From: Ruminococcus sp. | Lineage (GTDB): Bacteria; Bacillota; Clostridia; Oscillospirales; Ruminococcaceae | Length of the DNA stretch: 64,000 nucleotides | Direction: 5' to 3' | Assembly (NCBI GenBank): GCA_017471405.1 | Contig: JAFUTK010000052.1 | Location: 2,432-66,431, forward strand | Part shown: one piece after another, positions 1 through 10,525 of the stretch | How the letters are laid out: each line of letters begins with the position of its first letter | Numbering within the stretch: position 1 is the stretch's first letter | Notes under the pieces: generated by a model | Seen by the model: only the letters and a program-made list of their open reading frames with translations | Databases searched by the model: none | What the model was told of the DNA's origin: nothing | Translations under genes and position numbers: made by a program

Positions 1-1
1 G

Positions 2-595
2 TTCACCTCAAACGTTTCCAGCTGCTGTTTGTTCTTCGGGATATTCTTTGTGATGTTTGCCTGCACCGATTTGAAAAACGGTTATATCAAGAACGTCGCC
101 GGCTCGGTGAGCAGCAGAATGGGCTACATTCTTTCAAAGGAGACGGCGCTGGCGGTATATATCCTGCTGGCACTGGCGGTAAATGCTCTGGGAGCCGTTG
201 TCGGCAGCACACTGTTCTTAAACGGCATCGGAGACCTTGACGCCTCTGACTTTATTGTGTACATAGCGGAGCTTTATGTGCTGCTGCTGGGCTTTATGTC
301 GCTTATTGTGTTCTTTGTGTTCCTGCTGAGGAATTCCACCGGGCCTATGATAATCGCAGTGCTGCTGGGAACAAATCTTTTCGGCAATACTTTCTACAGG
401 CTTATCGCAATGCTGCTTGCAAAGGCTGATATCGAATTCAACTCCAACTACATTTCCGTTTCCGGACAGCTGGCCAGCGTGAGACCCGGAGCTGACGGCA
501 AGGACATTCTCGTGACCTTTGCGGTGGGTGCGGCTTACATCGTGATATTCAACTTTCTTACTTGGTGTGCGATGGAGAAGAAGGACATTGCCTGA
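2..595 (+). CDS. ABC-2-type transporter permease, 5'-truncated by the window edge
   Basis: Frame is open from position 2; several hydrophobic helices; 'DLKNGYIKN' and C-terminal 'KKDI' are typical of Firmicutes ABC permeases. Confidence 0.7.
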   Translation, partial: FTSNVSSCCLFFGIFFVMFACTDLKNGYIKNVAGSVSSRMGYILSKETALAVYILLALAVNALGAVVGSTLFLNGIGDLDASDFIVYIAELYVLLLGFMSLIVFFVFLLRNSTGPMIIAVLLGTNLFGNTFYRLIAMLLAKADIEFNSNYISVSGQLASVRPGADGKDILVTFAVGAAYIVIFNFLTWCAMEKKDIA

Positions 596-600
596 CTTTT

Positions 601-661
601 CAATGCACAATTCACAATGCACAATGCACAATTATTTTCTGCCGGGATATAATTGTGCATT
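601..661. repeat. Heptamer tandem repeat (CAATKCA x4) with a 12-bp inverted copy
   Basis: caatgca caattca caatgca caatgca caatta at 601-634; aatgcacaatta (623-634) pairs with taattgtgcatt (650-661). Confidence 0.85.
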
Positions 662-665
662 TAGG

Positions 666-695
666 TTGACTTATATCAAGAACTCGTGATATAAT
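666..695 (+). promoter_or_regulatory. SigA-type promoter
   Basis: TTGACT-N18-TATAAT with an extended TG, upstream of the response regulator. Confidence 0.6.
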
Positions 696-747
696 TAAGT
701 CATCGGGGCTGCGGCTCAGGAACAAGCATAAGAAAAGGAGGGCGAAG

Positions 748-1428
748 ATGGAAACTGAATATATCCTTATTGTGGACGACGACAGCGACATCAGAAACCT
801 CATCGGCATATATCTCGAAAGCGACGGTTTTAAATACATCAAGTGCGACAACGCAGTTACGGCGCTGGAGGTGGTGGAAAAAACCAAGGTCTCGCTGATA
901 CTTTTAGATGTGATGATGCCCGGAATGGACGGCATCTCCGCCTGCATGAAGCTGCGGGAAAAGACCAACGCCCCCATAATATTCATCTCGGCAAAGGCGG
1001 AGGATTTGGATATAGTCAACGGCCTTATGTCCGGCGCAGACGACTACGTCACCAAGCCCTTCAGCCCGGTGCAGCTGATGACGAGAGTAAAGGCTCAGCT
1101 GCGCCGCTACAAGCAGTACAGCGCATCAAGGGAGGAGTCCCACACCCTTGAATACGAGGACCTGACCCTTGACACTGAGACCCACCGGGTATGGGTCAAC
1201 GGAGTGCTCAAGGAGCTGACCTTCAAGGAGTACGGCATATTAGAGCTGCTCATGCGCAACAAGGGTATAACCCTTTCTATAAAGCAAATCTATGAATCCG
1301 TCTGGAACGAGGAATTTTACGCCTCTGAAAATACCGTGATGATGCACATAGCCAACCTGCGCCGCAAGCTCAACAGCGACGGGAGAGACTACATAAAGAC
1401 TGTCTGGGGCAGGGGGTACAGGATATGA
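748..1428 (+). CDS. OmpR-family response regulator
   Basis: Receiver motifs IVDDD, LDVMMP, ADDYVTKPF; winged-helix end KTVWGRGY; RBS aggagg. Confidence 0.95.
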   Translation: METEYILIVDDDSDIRNLIGIYLESDGFKYIKCDNAVTALEVVEKTKVSLILLDVMMPGMDGISACMKLREKTNAPIIFISAKAEDLDIVNGLMSGADDYVTKPFSPVQLMTRVKAQLRRYKQYSASREESHTLEYEDLTLDTETHRVWVNGVLKELTFKEYGILELLMRNKGITLSIKQIYESVWNEEFYASENTVMMHIANLRRKLNSDGRDYIKTVWGRGYRI

Positions 1429-2693
1429 AGCGCAGCCCTGTTTATATGCTGGGCGGCGCGGTCATAGGTATCATCGCGGTGATATTCATTGTCTCGGCAG
1501 GCTCGGCATTTATCGACGCTGTGATGGGCGGCAGCGGGGCAGCTGAGATAGCTGTGATGTTTTTATTCTGTCTGCTGGCGGTGGGGGTTTTCCTGCTGAT
1601 AATGCGCAAGGTCACAAGGCCCAAATTCGCAACGCTCAAAAACTACTACCTTATGTCGGCGGTGCTGACCTTTACGCTGGTTATGATACTTTTGGGGCTG
1701 ATGTTCGAACTTGCCGGCGGGTATATGACCCGGCTGGCGGAGGAGAACACCGCCCAAAGCTCGCTTATCGGCATCATCATAGTGCTGCTGATACTCATTA
1801 TCGGGGCGGCGGTCTTTTTGCTGGTGTTCAGTCTGCTGACCCGACGCAAGAGCGACTATATCCGCTATATCTGCGAAGAGGTGCAGAAACTCTCCCACGA
1901 TGACAGCATAGTTCTCGACGAGCGGGGCGGCGACGAGCTGGCGGAGATAAGCCGGTCTGTCAATCAGATGTCCGCCGAGCTCAGAGAAAAGCGGGAGCGT
2001 GAAAAGGAGCTGGAGCGCCAGCGCAGCGAGCTTATCACAAATGTCTCCCACGATCTGCGCAGCCCGCTGACCTCTATCATCGGCTATGTGAAACTGCTTA
2101 AGGAGAACGGCTGCGAGGACATGGAGAAATTTGACGAATACATCGAGGTCACAGACAGGCGGCTGGCGGGGCTTAACAAGCTGGTAAACGAGCTGTTCGA
2201 GCTGACCCGTCTTGACGTGCCCGACCTGGTGCTTAATTACGAGAGCTGCGATGTCACCGGCTTTATCAAGCAGTTCGGCTTTGAGATGGGGCTGATGCTT
2301 GAGCAGGAGGGGCTCTCCCTCGAATGTGCGCTGGACGACACGCCCTTTGTTTCCGAAATTGACATCGACAGAATGGCGAGGGTGATGCAAAATCTTTTTG
2401 CTAATGTTATCAAATACGCCGACAAGGGCACTGCGGTAAAGCTCACCAGCGAGGTGAGGGAGGGCGGCATCACCATAAGCCTCTCCAACCGCATCAAGCC
2501 CGACAGTGAGCCCGACACCGCCAATATGTTTGACCGCTTCTACAAGGAGGACCGGGCACGCTCCGACACCGGCAGCGCCGGCTTGGGGCTGGCGATAGCC
2601 AAAAGGATAGTCGAGCTTCACGGCGGCAGCATTTTTGCGGACGCAAGCGGTGGTGTGCTGACTGTAACGGTAGAGCTGAACGGAAATCGGTAA
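1425..2693 (+). CDS. Membrane sensor histidine kinase (HAMP-HisKA-HATPase)
   Basis: H-box SHDLRSPLT, N-box NVIKY, G-box GLGLAI; four N-terminal TM segments; ATGA overlap with the regulator. Confidence 0.95.
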   Translation: MKRSPVYMLGGAVIGIIAVIFIVSAGSAFIDAVMGGSGAAEIAVMFLFCLLAVGVFLLIMRKVTRPKFATLKNYYLMSAVLTFTLVMILLGLMFELAGGYMTRLAEENTAQSSLIGIIIVLLILIIGAAVFLLVFSLLTRRKSDYIRYICEEVQKLSHDDSIVLDERGGDELAEISRSVNQMSAELREKREREKELERQRSELITNVSHDLRSPLTSIIGYVKLLKENGCEDMEKFDEYIEVTDRRLAGLNKLVNELFELTRLDVPDLVLNYESCDVTGFIKQFGFEMGLMLEQEGLSLECALDDTPFVSEIDIDRMARVMQNLFANVIKYADKGTAVKLTSEVREGGITISLSNRIKPDSEPDTANMFDRFYKEDRARSDTGSAGLGLAIAKRIVELHGGSIFADASGGVLTVTVELNGNR

Positions 2694-2753
2694 TGACAAA
2701 ACGGTAGCTTGACTTATAACCTTTCCGTATGCTATTATATAGTCAGCGGGGTG

Positions 2754-3083
2754 ATGGCTTTGGATAAGAAAAAGGTTTTGGATAAGTCGGTGAAGGCTGT
2801 GGGAAAGGCGATGAAGATAAGGCGGGTGCTCAAGCAGATATTCGCCTTCGGAACAGGCATTTCCACCGGCATCGCCACCTACCGGATAATTCTTCCCATA
2901 ACGGAAAACAAGCCCTACACTGTGGCGCTGGCGGTGCTTGCAGGTGCGGCGACAACTGCCTTTGCTCTGCTGTTTATGGAGATAATAAGGCTTATTATAG
3001 ATAAGCTCAAAAAGGCGGGGCTGTGGCTTTGGGACAAGCGTAAGCCATCAAAGAAAGAGAGTGAGGACAGCGACGGACGCTGA
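2754..3083 (+). CDS. Small hypothetical membrane protein (2 TM)
   Basis: ATG 2754 follows a TTGACT-N18-TATTAT promoter (2709-2738); two hydrophobic segments. Confidence 0.65.
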   Translation: MALDKKKVLDKSVKAVGKAMKIRRVLKQIFAFGTGISTGIATYRIILPITENKPYTVALAVLAGAATTAFALLFMEIIRLIIDKLKKAGLWLWDKRKPSKKESEDSDGR

Positions 3084-3100
3084 TGAGTCCTCACAGGTAC

Positions 3101-3143
3101 AAAAACATACAGCCGCTCCCGGCAAAATGGAGCGGCTGTTTTT
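3101..3143. terminator. Intrinsic terminator between convergent genes
   Basis: acagccgctcc / ggagcggctgt stem followed by a T run, with an A run upstream. Confidence 0.75.
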
Positions 3144-3164
3144 GATGTGTTGGGGACGCGTTTC

Positions 3165-5924
3165 TCATTCTGTACGCAGGGCAGTAACTGGGTCTTTCTT
3201 GGCGGCCTTCTTGGCGGGGATAAATCCGCCGATGAGGGTCAGCAGGGTGCTGAGCAGCACCAGCATAACGCCGCTCAGTACCGGCAGCGATGCGCTCACA
3301 TCGTCCGTCTCGGCTATCATATGTATGACCGCGTTGGCGGGGATAAGCAGCAGCAGTGCAATGGCTATGCCGATTACTCCCGCAAAGAAGCCGATGATGA
3401 CCGTCTCGGCGTTGAACACCTGTGAGATGTTGCGCTTGGAGGCTCCCAGCGCCCGGAGTATGCCTATCTCCTTTGTGCGCTCCAGAACAGAGATGTAGGT
3501 GATGATGCCTATCATAATTGAGGACACCACCAGCGATACCGCCACAAAGGCTATCAGCACATATGAGATGGTGTTGATGATGGTCGTGACGGAGGAAAGC
3601 AGCAGGCCGATGTAGTCGGTGTAGGTTATCTTGTCCTCCTCGCTGACTGTGCTGTTGTAGTGCTCGATGCACTCGGATATCTTGTCCTTGTCCTCAAAGG
3701 TGTCGGCGTAAAGGTCAATGGAGGAGGGAGAATCTCGGCTGACGACACCAAGCTCGGCTATTATCTCGTCATAGTCGCCGGGAGAGATGTAGAGGTCGTA
3801 GACCTTCAAGAGTATATCCTCGCTGGGGTCATTAAGGAAGTCGTCCATAGCGTCCGCCATATCAGCCTCTCCCAGCAGGGAGGGGTCGGCAGGGATATCA
3901 ATACCCTGCGGCAGCCCGCCGGTGAAGGCTCCTATTATCGAGGATATATCTCCGCCGCTCATCATATCCGACATAATGGTGCTGAAAAGCTCCGCCTTTT
4001 CGCTGATGTTAAGGCCTTCGATATACTTTTTGGCGTCCTCGGCCTTTTCGGCGTCGTCTTTGGCGTCAAGGCGCATACCGTTGAGGACATTCACCGTCTT
4101 GTCGGAGAGCTGAGCCTTGACAGCCTCGCTGTTTTCGGTGCGCTCAATGATGCAGTCGGTGAGCATATGGGTGTAGCCCACACCTGAACGGAGCATAGAG
4201 CTTTGCAGGCTCTCCTTTTGCTGTATCACTCCGACTATCCTGAGGGTCAGAGCATTTTCCAGCAGCTGCTCCACCTTCTTCTCGTCGCCGGAGACGTCCT
4301 CGAAAATGCCATTGCTGTTTTTGACGTACATCTCAGCGTGAGAGAGCAGCTTGAACTCCTTGCCGGTGACGGCGGCAAAATCCAGCTTATCCACTGAAAG
4401 CTTGGCCTCTCCGCCGTTTTCTATCTCAGATACCAGCCGGCGGTATTCCTCTGTGGGGAGAAGTCCCAGCTTGAAGAGGGTCTCCGCCGGGAGCTCGCTG
4501 TTTCCGTCCAGCACCAGCACCAGCTCGTCATAGGCCTCCGGCATACGGCCGTAGAGGACGTCGTAATTATCCAGTATTGCGGAGCTTACTGCCTCGCCGC
4601 CCTTGCCCGGCATTATCTGGCTGAACTCCGAGCCGCCGTAGGCAAAGCTGGCGTAGTAGCCGTATCTGGCGGAGCCTTTGGGTATCTCGTCAAGGGTGCT
4701 GCCGTCGGCGTTTACCAGCACGCCGTTATCGTCATAGCTGAACACGTCTGACTTGGTGTCGTAGTAATATACGGCTCCGTTGCCGCCGAGATAGTTGTGT
4801 ATCTCGCTGCTATTATCGTCGAGATATTTTTTGAAGGTGGTGAGGTTGTTCACCAATATGCTAGACTCAAACCTCTTCTCCGAATCAATGGAGCCGGTGT
4901 CGATGTAGACGGCGTCGTTGCCGTGTTCGTCGGTGCTGTTATTCCTGTCGCCCAGCGGGGTGTCCTCCATAAAGGCGCTGAAATCGTAGGTGCGTGATTC
5001 TATGCTTATGGGGTAGGAGGCCATCGTGCTGCGCTGGGTCTCGGTGATATAGTTGCTGACGCCGTTTGAAAGGGAGAGTATCAGCGCGATGCCGATTATG
5101 CCTATTGACCCCGCGAAGGAGGTCAGTATGGTGCGTCCCTTTTTGGTGCGCAGATTGTTAAAGCTCAGGCTCAGGGAGGTGACTCTTGACATTGATGACC
5201 TGCCCATATTCTTATGCTCCGGCTCCGGCAGCTGTGAGCCCTCCGGCTCGAAGGGGTCGGAGTCGTCGGTCACCCTGCCGTCCTTCAGTTTAATGATGCG
5301 GGTAGCGTACCTGTCCGCCAGCTCCGGGTTGTGAGTGACCATTATTACCAGCCTGTCCTTGGCGACTTCACTGAGCAGCTCCATGACCTGCTCGCTGGTC
5401 TCGGAATCGAGGGCGCCGGTGGGTTCGTCGGCAAGGAGGATATCCGGGTCGTTGACCAGCGCTCTGGCGATAGCCACCCGCTGCATCTGCCCGCCGGACA
5501 TCTGATTTGGGCGCTTGTGGGTCTGGTCGCCCAGGCCTACCTTTTCCAGAGCCTCTTTTGCCCGCTTCTTTCGCTCGGAGCGGGAAACGCCGGAGATGGT
5601 CAGCGCCAGCTCCACGTTTGCCAGCACCGTCTGATGAGGGATAAGGTTGTAGCTCTGGAACACAAAGCCGATGGTGTGGTTGCGGTAGCTGTCCCAGTCC
5701 CTGTCCTTATAGCGGGAGGTGGAGATGCCGTTTATTATGAGCTCGCCGCTGTCGTAGCGGTCAAGCCCGCCTATTATGTTGAGCAGAGTGGTCTTTCCGG
5801 AACCGGAGGGCCCCAGCACCGCCGCGAACTCGCTGTCCCGGAAGCTGATTGATAAACCGTCCAGAGCTGTCTGTTTCAGCTCTCCGGTGATGTATTCCTT
5901 GCTGATGTTCTTTAGCTTAAGCAT
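3165..5924 (-). CDS. MacB/FtsX-type ABC transporter, fused ATPase and permease with a large extracellular domain
   Basis: Walker A GPSGSGKT, signature MSGGQ, Walker B LLADEP; C-terminal '[14 protein letters not shown]' and 'DPVTALRTE'. Start placed at ATG 5924 (MLKLKNISK). Confidence 0.92.
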   Translation of the reverse strand: MLKLKNISKEYITGELKQTALDGLSISFRDSEFAAVLGPSGSGKTTLLNIIGGLDRYDSGELIINGISTSRYKDRDWDSYRNHTIGFVFQSYNLIPHQTVLANVELALTISGVSRSERKKRAKEALEKVGLGDQTHKRPNQMSGGQMQRVAIARALVNDPDILLADEPTGALDSETSEQVMELLSEVAKDRLVIMVTHNPELADRYATRIIKLKDGRVTDDSDPFEPEGSQLPEPEHKNMGRSSMSRVTSLSLSFNNLRTKKGRTILTSFAGSIGIIGIALILSLSNGVSNYITETQRSTMASYPISIESRTYDFSAFMEDTPLGDRNNSTDEHGNDAVYIDTGSIDSEKRFESSILVNNLTTFKKYLDDNSSEIHNYLGGNGAVYYYDTKSDVFSYDDNGVLVNADGSTLDEIPKGSARYGYYASFAYGGSEFSQIMPGKGGEAVSSAILDNYDVLYGRMPEAYDELVLVLDGNSELPAETLFKLGLLPTEEYRRLVSEIENGGEAKLSVDKLDFAAVTGKEFKLLSHAEMYVKNSNGIFEDVSGDEKKVEQLLENALTLRIVGVIQQKESLQSSMLRSGVGYTHMLTDCIIERTENSEAVKAQLSDKTVNVLNGMRLDAKDDAEKAEDAKKYIEGLNISEKAELFSTIMSDMMSGGDISSIIGAFTGGLPQGIDIPADPSLLGEADMADAMDDFLNDPSEDILLKVYDLYISPGDYDEIIAELGVVSRDSPSSIDLYADTFEDKDKISECIEHYNSTVSEEDKITYTDYIGLLLSSVTTIINTISYVLIAFVAVSLVVSSIMIGIITYISVLERTKEIGILRALGASKRNISQVFNAETVIIGFFAGVIGIAIALLLLIPANAVIHMIAETDDVSASLPVLSGVMLVLLSTLLTLIGGFIPAKKAAKKDPVTALRTE

Positions 5925-5979
5925 TTGTGTTTTCTCCCTTTGTAAATTCTGTCTGTGCGGGATATAGCTCCCGGGAACA

Positions 5980-6055
5980 ATTATACCACTTATAGGTGAG
6001 GGTGTCAACAACGGAGAGGCGGGAGATTGACTTTCCGGGCGGGGTGTGTTATTAT
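5980..6055. promoter_or_regulatory. Divergent SigA promoters
   Basis: Minus strand TTGACA(6008-6003)-N17-TATAAT(5985-5980); plus strand TTGACT(6027)-N17-TATTAT(6050). Confidence 0.7.
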
Positions 6056-6118
6056 TTTGGTATAGCTCATCTCATCGGCTTTCCGGTGAGATGCCCTCTT
6101 CTGAAAGGTCAGGGAACG

Positions 6119-6967
6119 ATGACAAATCTGTTTGGACTTAATGTTACGGATAATAAAGAAAACACAGTGCTTGACGGCGAGGTGTTCTGCACTGACAGGA
6201 TATCCTCCGGGCAGGAGGCTGAGATCGGGAGCTTTTTAGAGGAAGAAATGAAGCTTGAAAAGCAGGGCAGTCTGCCTACCTTTCTTTCCGTTATCAAGGG
6301 GATATGCCTGTTCGTCTGGGTCATAACCCTTATCGGTACTTTAAATGCTTTAGCTGACGGGACATCTCTTTCTCAAGGGCATAAAAATGCGCCTGTGCTG
6401 GACTGGGTCGGCATAATATGCTTTGCGGTCTGGCTGGTGCTCCAGATCGTTTCCGTACTCCGGCGGAAGAAAACCAAAGCCACTCCCGAATATCAGCAGA
6501 GCAGCGAAAATGGAGAAAACCTTCTGCAAAGCATCAGGGAAACGCTTGGCATCCCTGATGACGCCCAGAAGATCGACGTGCTGGCCGAAAGGTATGTGAT
6601 GAAGGACGGCAAGCCAAAGCGCAAAGCTGTGGGGCTGACGGAATTTGATAATATCCCGATGTTCACATATATCAAGGATGGCAGGCTTTGTCTTGCCGAT
6701 ACGAGCAGCGTATGGGAGATACCCTTGTCCTCTCTGCGCTCGATGGAGCTTATCAAAAAGCGAGCGAGCTTCCCCGATTGGACGAAGCCGGAGCCGTATG
6801 ACTCCAAGACCTACAAGCCCTATAAGATCACCACTAACCAATTCGGGTATTTTGCCAAGTATTACCGAGTGGAGATAAGAGACCTTAGAGGAGATTTTTA
6901 TCTGCTGATACCGGAATATGACGGAATGACTTTTTCGGACATTGCGAAGCTCCGCATCGAAGAATGA
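6119..6967 (+). CDS. Hypothetical membrane protein (2 TM plus soluble C-terminal domain)
   Basis: ORF downstream of a promoter; start set at ATG 6119 (MTNLFG). Confidence 0.7.
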   Translation: MTNLFGLNVTDNKENTVLDGEVFCTDRISSGQEAEIGSFLEEEMKLEKQGSLPTFLSVIKGICLFVWVITLIGTLNALADGTSLSQGHKNAPVLDWVGIICFAVWLVLQIVSVLRRKKTKATPEYQQSSENGENLLQSIRETLGIPDDAQKIDVLAERYVMKDGKPKRKAVGLTEFDNIPMFTYIKDGRLCLADTSSVWEIPLSSLRSMELIKKRASFPDWTKPEPYDSKTYKPYKITTNQFGYFAKYYRVEIRDLRGDFYLLIPEYDGMTFSDIAKLRIEE

Positions 6968-7013
6968 TATTTCTTGCTAAGAACTGCAAGCCGTCAGAGC
7001 TCTTTCTGAGGGC

Positions 7014-8750
7014 TCATTTTATTCTCCTGAAAACACCCACCGCCTCCCGCTCGAAGAACACAGTCTCGAACTCATCGGTGAAGAAGTCGTATACGGAGTA
7101 GGCATCATTGTCGTAGCGCAGGTCGAGGACGTAGTATTCTGTCTGGTGAGAGGTGCGCTCCAGCTCGTAGAGCTCTGCCCTTTGGGAGAGCTCCGCCACG
7201 AAAAATGTGGAGGCTGCAACGGATGCATCATCGGGGATAAGCGCCAGCGCCCGGGAGACGGACTCCCGCTGCTCTGTGGCGTCGCGGTAGGCGTCAAAGT
7301 AGTCAAGGCGGTGCCAGTAAAGCCCGAAGGCTATGATGAGCGAGCAGCAGAGGGCGTTTAACAGCAGCTTCGGACGCCTTAGCTCCGAGAAGTTCACCGC
7401 CGACATATAGATGAGCATCGCTCCGCTGCCGAAGCAGTACTGAAAGCTGATATTGAACTGGTACTGATAGTCGGTCATCAGGTTGATGAGCAGAAAGGGA
7501 ATCGCCAGTATCAGCCGGCGGGGCTCCCTTGTGATGAAGGGCAGAAACCCCAGCGGCAGCAGCATTTGCAGAATGAATATCAGCTTCGCCCGGGTGAAGC
7601 ACTGGCTGATGACATAGACCGGGTCCTTGATGACGGCGAGGATAACTGTGATGAGGCTGCCGCTGCCGTCGTAGATGTAGTTGTCGTAGCGGCCGGTCAT
7701 AACTCCGTCGCCGAAACGGGCGAGGAAATAGGTTACGGTGAGGAAGTATATCACCGATATTGACAGCATTGATAAATTACATTTGTAGTTTTTATCGGTA
7801 AATAAAAAGTAGAGGGAAATGACCGCTGCATAAACCGCCGCGTCCTCCTTAACAGTCAGCAGCAGGAGCAGGAAAACGAGCTTCGGCAGGGGCTTGCCTC
7901 GCTCGCAGAAATATATGAGCCAGAGTATCAGCGGGGCAAGGAAGTTGTTTTCGTGGAGGTAGTAAAAGCACCCGCCCGCAAAGCAGGGGTAGAGGGTGTA
8001 TATCACCGCAAATGCGCAGACTGTCGGCTGAGAGAGGCTGTGTCTGCGGCATATGAGCACCAGGGGGATAACTCCACTGACGACAACAAGCGCCTGCATT
8101 ATGAGCAGAGTTCTCGGGTCGGGCAGGAGGGCGTAGGCCGGCAGCAGCAGGTAAAACACCGGCGAGAAATGCACCGCGAAATGGGAAAGCAGCCTGTCCC
8201 GCTCGCAGGTGATGAGAGGGAGGCCGGTCTCCTTCATATTGTGGAACATCTGGGCGAAGAGGCCGAAGTCAAAGCAGGGGGTCCAGTGATTTTGATAGTA
8301 AAGGCAGCAGATAATGCCGACGAAAAGGGTGAAGAAAAGCATCAGTGTGCCTGCGACTATCCATTTGACGGAGGAGTGAAGGTGAAGCCTTATATCCGAG
8401 AGGTCGGTGAAATAGATGATAAGCCCGACGGCGGCGCAGCAGCCCACCGAAAAGCTGAAATCAGTATAGCCGACGGCGCCCAGTATGCCATAGACGGTGG
8501 CTGAAACTATCATCAGCACACTTATGAATTTTCTGTCACTAATCCGGCAGAGCAGCAGCCATATCACCGCCACAGCTGTGATGAACACGCTGAGCTTTAT
8601 CTCGATGAAGAAGTCGGGACTGGTAAAGGGAAGACTGCTGTTAGCGGTATAGAACGCAGAGACCATAAGCCAGCTTATAAGCAGCTTAAATGCGGCGCCT
8701 TTGAGGTCATAGCGGGTGAGTTTTTCCTTGATGAGGGATAAGCGTTTCAT
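7014..8750 (-). CDS. DUF2079-like polytopic membrane protein (putative GT-C-fold glycosyltransferase)
   Basis: Motifs 'FDFGLFAQ', 'SHFAVHFSP', 'VKED', 'FQY'; many TM helices; RBS aaggag before ATG 8750. Confidence 0.75.
   Translation of the reverse strand: MKRLSLIKEKLTRYDLKGAAFKLLISWLMVSAFYTANSSLPFTSPDFFIEIKLSVFITAVAVIWLLLCRISDRKFISVLMIVSATVYGILGAVGYTDFSFSVGCCAAVGLIIYFTDLSDIRLHLHSSVKWIVAGTLMLFFTLFVGIICCLYYQNHWTPCFDFGLFAQMFHNMKETGLPLITCERDRLLSHFAVHFSPVFYLLLPAYALLPDPRTLLIMQALVVVSGVIPLVLICRRHSLSQPTVCAFAVIYTLYPCFAGGCFYYLHENNFLAPLILWLIYFCERGKPLPKLVFLLLLLTVKEDAAVYAAVISLYFLFTDKNYKCNLSMLSISVIYFLTVTYFLARFGDGVMTGRYDNYIYDGSGSLITVILAVIKDPVYVISQCFTRAKLIFILQMLLPLGFLPFITREPRRLILAIPFLLINLMTDYQYQFNISFQYCFGSGAMLIYMSAVNFSELRRPKLLLNALCCSLIIAFGLYWHRLDYFDAYRDATEQRESVSRALALIPDDASVAASTFFVAELSQRAELYELERTSHQTEYYVLDLRYDNDAYSVYDFFTDEFETVFFEREAVGVFRRIK
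7778..7794. promoter_or_regulatory. Intragenic BlaI/MecI-type operator-like site
   Basis: tacatttgtagttttta, identical over 17 bp to 8766-8782. Confidence 0.45.
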
Positions 8751-8763
8751 TTTGTTCTCCTTT

Positions 8764-8777
8764 ACTACATTTGTAGT
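8764..8777. promoter_or_regulatory. BlaI/MecI/CopY operator
   Basis: ACTACA-TT-TGTAGT dyad (TACA-N2-TGTA consensus) abutting the RBS of the DUF2079 gene. Confidence 0.8.
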
Positions 8778-8789
8778 TTTTAAGTGTGG

Positions 8790-8818
8790 AAAAATCAGCC
8801 GGTCGGAATGACCGACTG
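8790..8818 (-). terminator. Possible intrinsic terminator upstream of the DUF2079 gene
   Basis: Minus strand cagtcggtc-attcc-gaccggctg followed by attttt. Confidence 0.5.
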
Positions 8819-8829
8819 ACAGACAATAT

Positions 8830-9243
8830 TTACTGCTCTTCGCTGTTCTTTTTCTGCTCCCGGAGCGCACGCTTTTTGCGGCGCTGTTCGCGGTTGTTCT
8901 TTTCGGATGCCAGCACCTCAACTGCGGCGTCGGTCAGCTCTGCAGGCCAGACATTCTGTCCTCCCGCCACATCGGCCCAGGGGCAGAGGGTTTTGTAGTC
9001 ATCGTCAAAGACTATGGTGTAGGGAGGGCCGCAGCGGTCATTGACACTCATATAGAGCTTGCGCCCGCTGCCGTAGACGACGGAGCTTACATCGCCCTCG
9101 TCCATATCTGTGCTGAGCTTATCAAATATTTCCTTGCCAATCTCATAGAGCTTGTAGTCAGTAATGCCGCCGTACTCGACGAAATAGCGCTCGTTCTCGT
9201 CGTCGTAAAAGGCGTTCCAGCTCCTGCCCTTTTTTATCTGCAT
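8830..9243 (-). CDS. Hypothetical protein in the blaI-M56 operon
   Basis: ATG 9243 with aaggag RBS, 13 nt after the M56 stop; basic C-terminal helix. Confidence 0.7.
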   Translation of the reverse strand: MQIKKGRSWNAFYDDENERYFVEYGGITDYKLYEIGKEIFDKLSTDMDEGDVSSVVYGSGRKLYMSVNDRCGPPYTIVFDDDYKTLCPWADVAGGQNVWPAELTDAAVEVLASEKNNREQRRKKRALREQKKNSEEQ

Positions 9244-9256
9244 ATCTCTCGCTCCT

Positions 9257-10516
9257 TTACTGTTCATATATCGCTGTGGAAAGCGCATAGCTTTCATCGG
9301 TTACAGCTGTAACGGTGGTGACCGTCTGCTCCGGCGGGATTTCATTAAGCTGCGCCGGAGTGGTGAGCCGCAGGCCGGTGTCGGTCTCAAAGGTCTGCCC
9401 CTTGACGGTAGTTTCCGCAAGGCGGCGGGCGGAGACGGTGGTGGTGGTCTTTACTGTTTCCTGCTCATATTCGGGAGGCGAAGGCCTGCTTACGGTAGTT
9501 GTGGTGACCTCCACATACCTTGTTTCTTCTGTGACGGCGGGCGGGGAGGGAGGCTCCGCTGCCGCTTCATTGCCTGCAAAGGCTATCACCGAGCCGGAGG
9601 CCGCTGTCAGTGCCAGGGCTATAACTCCCACAAGGAAATATCTGCGGCGCCGCCTGCCGGAGAGTATCAGCCCGAGACGGTGCTTTAGCCCCTGCTTTGG
9701 AGTGCAGAAGTTGGTAGCCATGACCGGACGCAGGGTTTTGCTGCGGCGGGCGTTCTGTCTTGAGACTGTGTTGAGGATAGAGCGGCAGTAGAGCATTTTC
9801 TGCTCCGCTGTCTCGTCTGCAACAACCGACTGGTCGCAGTAATACTCGCACTCTCTGTCAAGGCTCCGGCTGATTACCGGCATTATGGGGTTGAACCAGT
9901 GCACCGCACGGCATAGGGTCAGGGGCAATCTGCACCAGAGGTCCCGGTGTTTGAAATGGGTCAGCTCGTGCTTAAGTATGAGCCGCAGCTCGGCGGGCTC
10001 GAATTGTCTCTCCGGCAGCAGGACAGTTGGGGAGAGCAGACCTGTCATCATAGGTGTGGATATCTCCGGCAGGGTCAGCACCCGCACAGGAGCGGTGATG
10101 CCCAGAGCCTCCGCCGTCTGAAGTGCGAGGGAGAGAGTGCTCTCATCGGCAGGGGAGGATAGTCTTTTGATGCTCCGCTGGAAGGAGCGGTATCTCACCA
10201 AACAGCAGAGCAGATATCCCGCCGCTCCCGTCAGCCACACCCAAAAGAGGACGGTGTATATGCTGAGGGCGGGAGCCGTCTGTGCCGCCGCGTTAGTGTC
10301 TGCGGGCAGGGGAGCCGTACCGCTCACCGTCACCACCGGGCGGGCAAGCTCCGGCTTTACCGGCAGGAGAAATCCAGCGATGATGATTAGCCACGAGTAA
10401 TAGCGCAGCACTGCCGCTTGCTTATTTTTAAGCAGCCTCAGCAGCAGGATATATACCGCCGCAACGGCGGACATCTCCGCCGAGCAGAAAAGCAGCGCCA
10501 GAACAAACCTATCCAT
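9257..10516 (-). CDS. M56-family (BlaR1/MecR1-like) metallopeptidase without a penicillin-binding domain
   Basis: HELTH zinc motif, 'HWFNP', 'ECEYYCD'; C-terminus is Thr/Pro/Glu-rich. Confidence 0.9.
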   Translation of the reverse strand: MDRFVLALLFCSAEMSAVAAVYILLLRLLKNKQAAVLRYYSWLIIIAGFLLPVKPELARPVVTVSGTAPLPADTNAAAQTAPALSIYTVLFWVWLTGAAGYLLCCLVRYRSFQRSIKRLSSPADESTLSLALQTAEALGITAPVRVLTLPEISTPMMTGLLSPTVLLPERQFEPAELRLILKHELTHFKHRDLWCRLPLTLCRAVHWFNPIMPVISRSLDRECEYYCDQSVVADETAEQKMLYCRSILNTVSRQNARRSKTLRPVMATNFCTPKQGLKHRLGLILSGRRRRRYFLVGVIALALTAASGSVIAFAGNEAAAEPPSPPAVTEETRYVEVTTTTVSRPSPPEYEQETVKTTTTVSARRLAETTVKGQTFETDTGLRLTTPAQLNEIPPEQTVTTVTAVTDESYALSTAIYEQ

Positions 10517-10525
10517 ACGTCCTCC

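Noticed and set aside
1563-2699. Long antisense ORFs (this one, 11833-12807, 12874-13971, 30567-31634, 49763-51034 and others)
   Set aside because: Shadow frames of real genes in GC3-rich DNA, with no recognisable motifs.
3061-3105. Hammerhead-like CTGATGAGTCC...GGTACAAAA
   Set aside because: The required GAAA core and a stem III/UH site are missing; the sequence folds better as a simple gtgaggac/gtcctcac hairpin over the stop codon.
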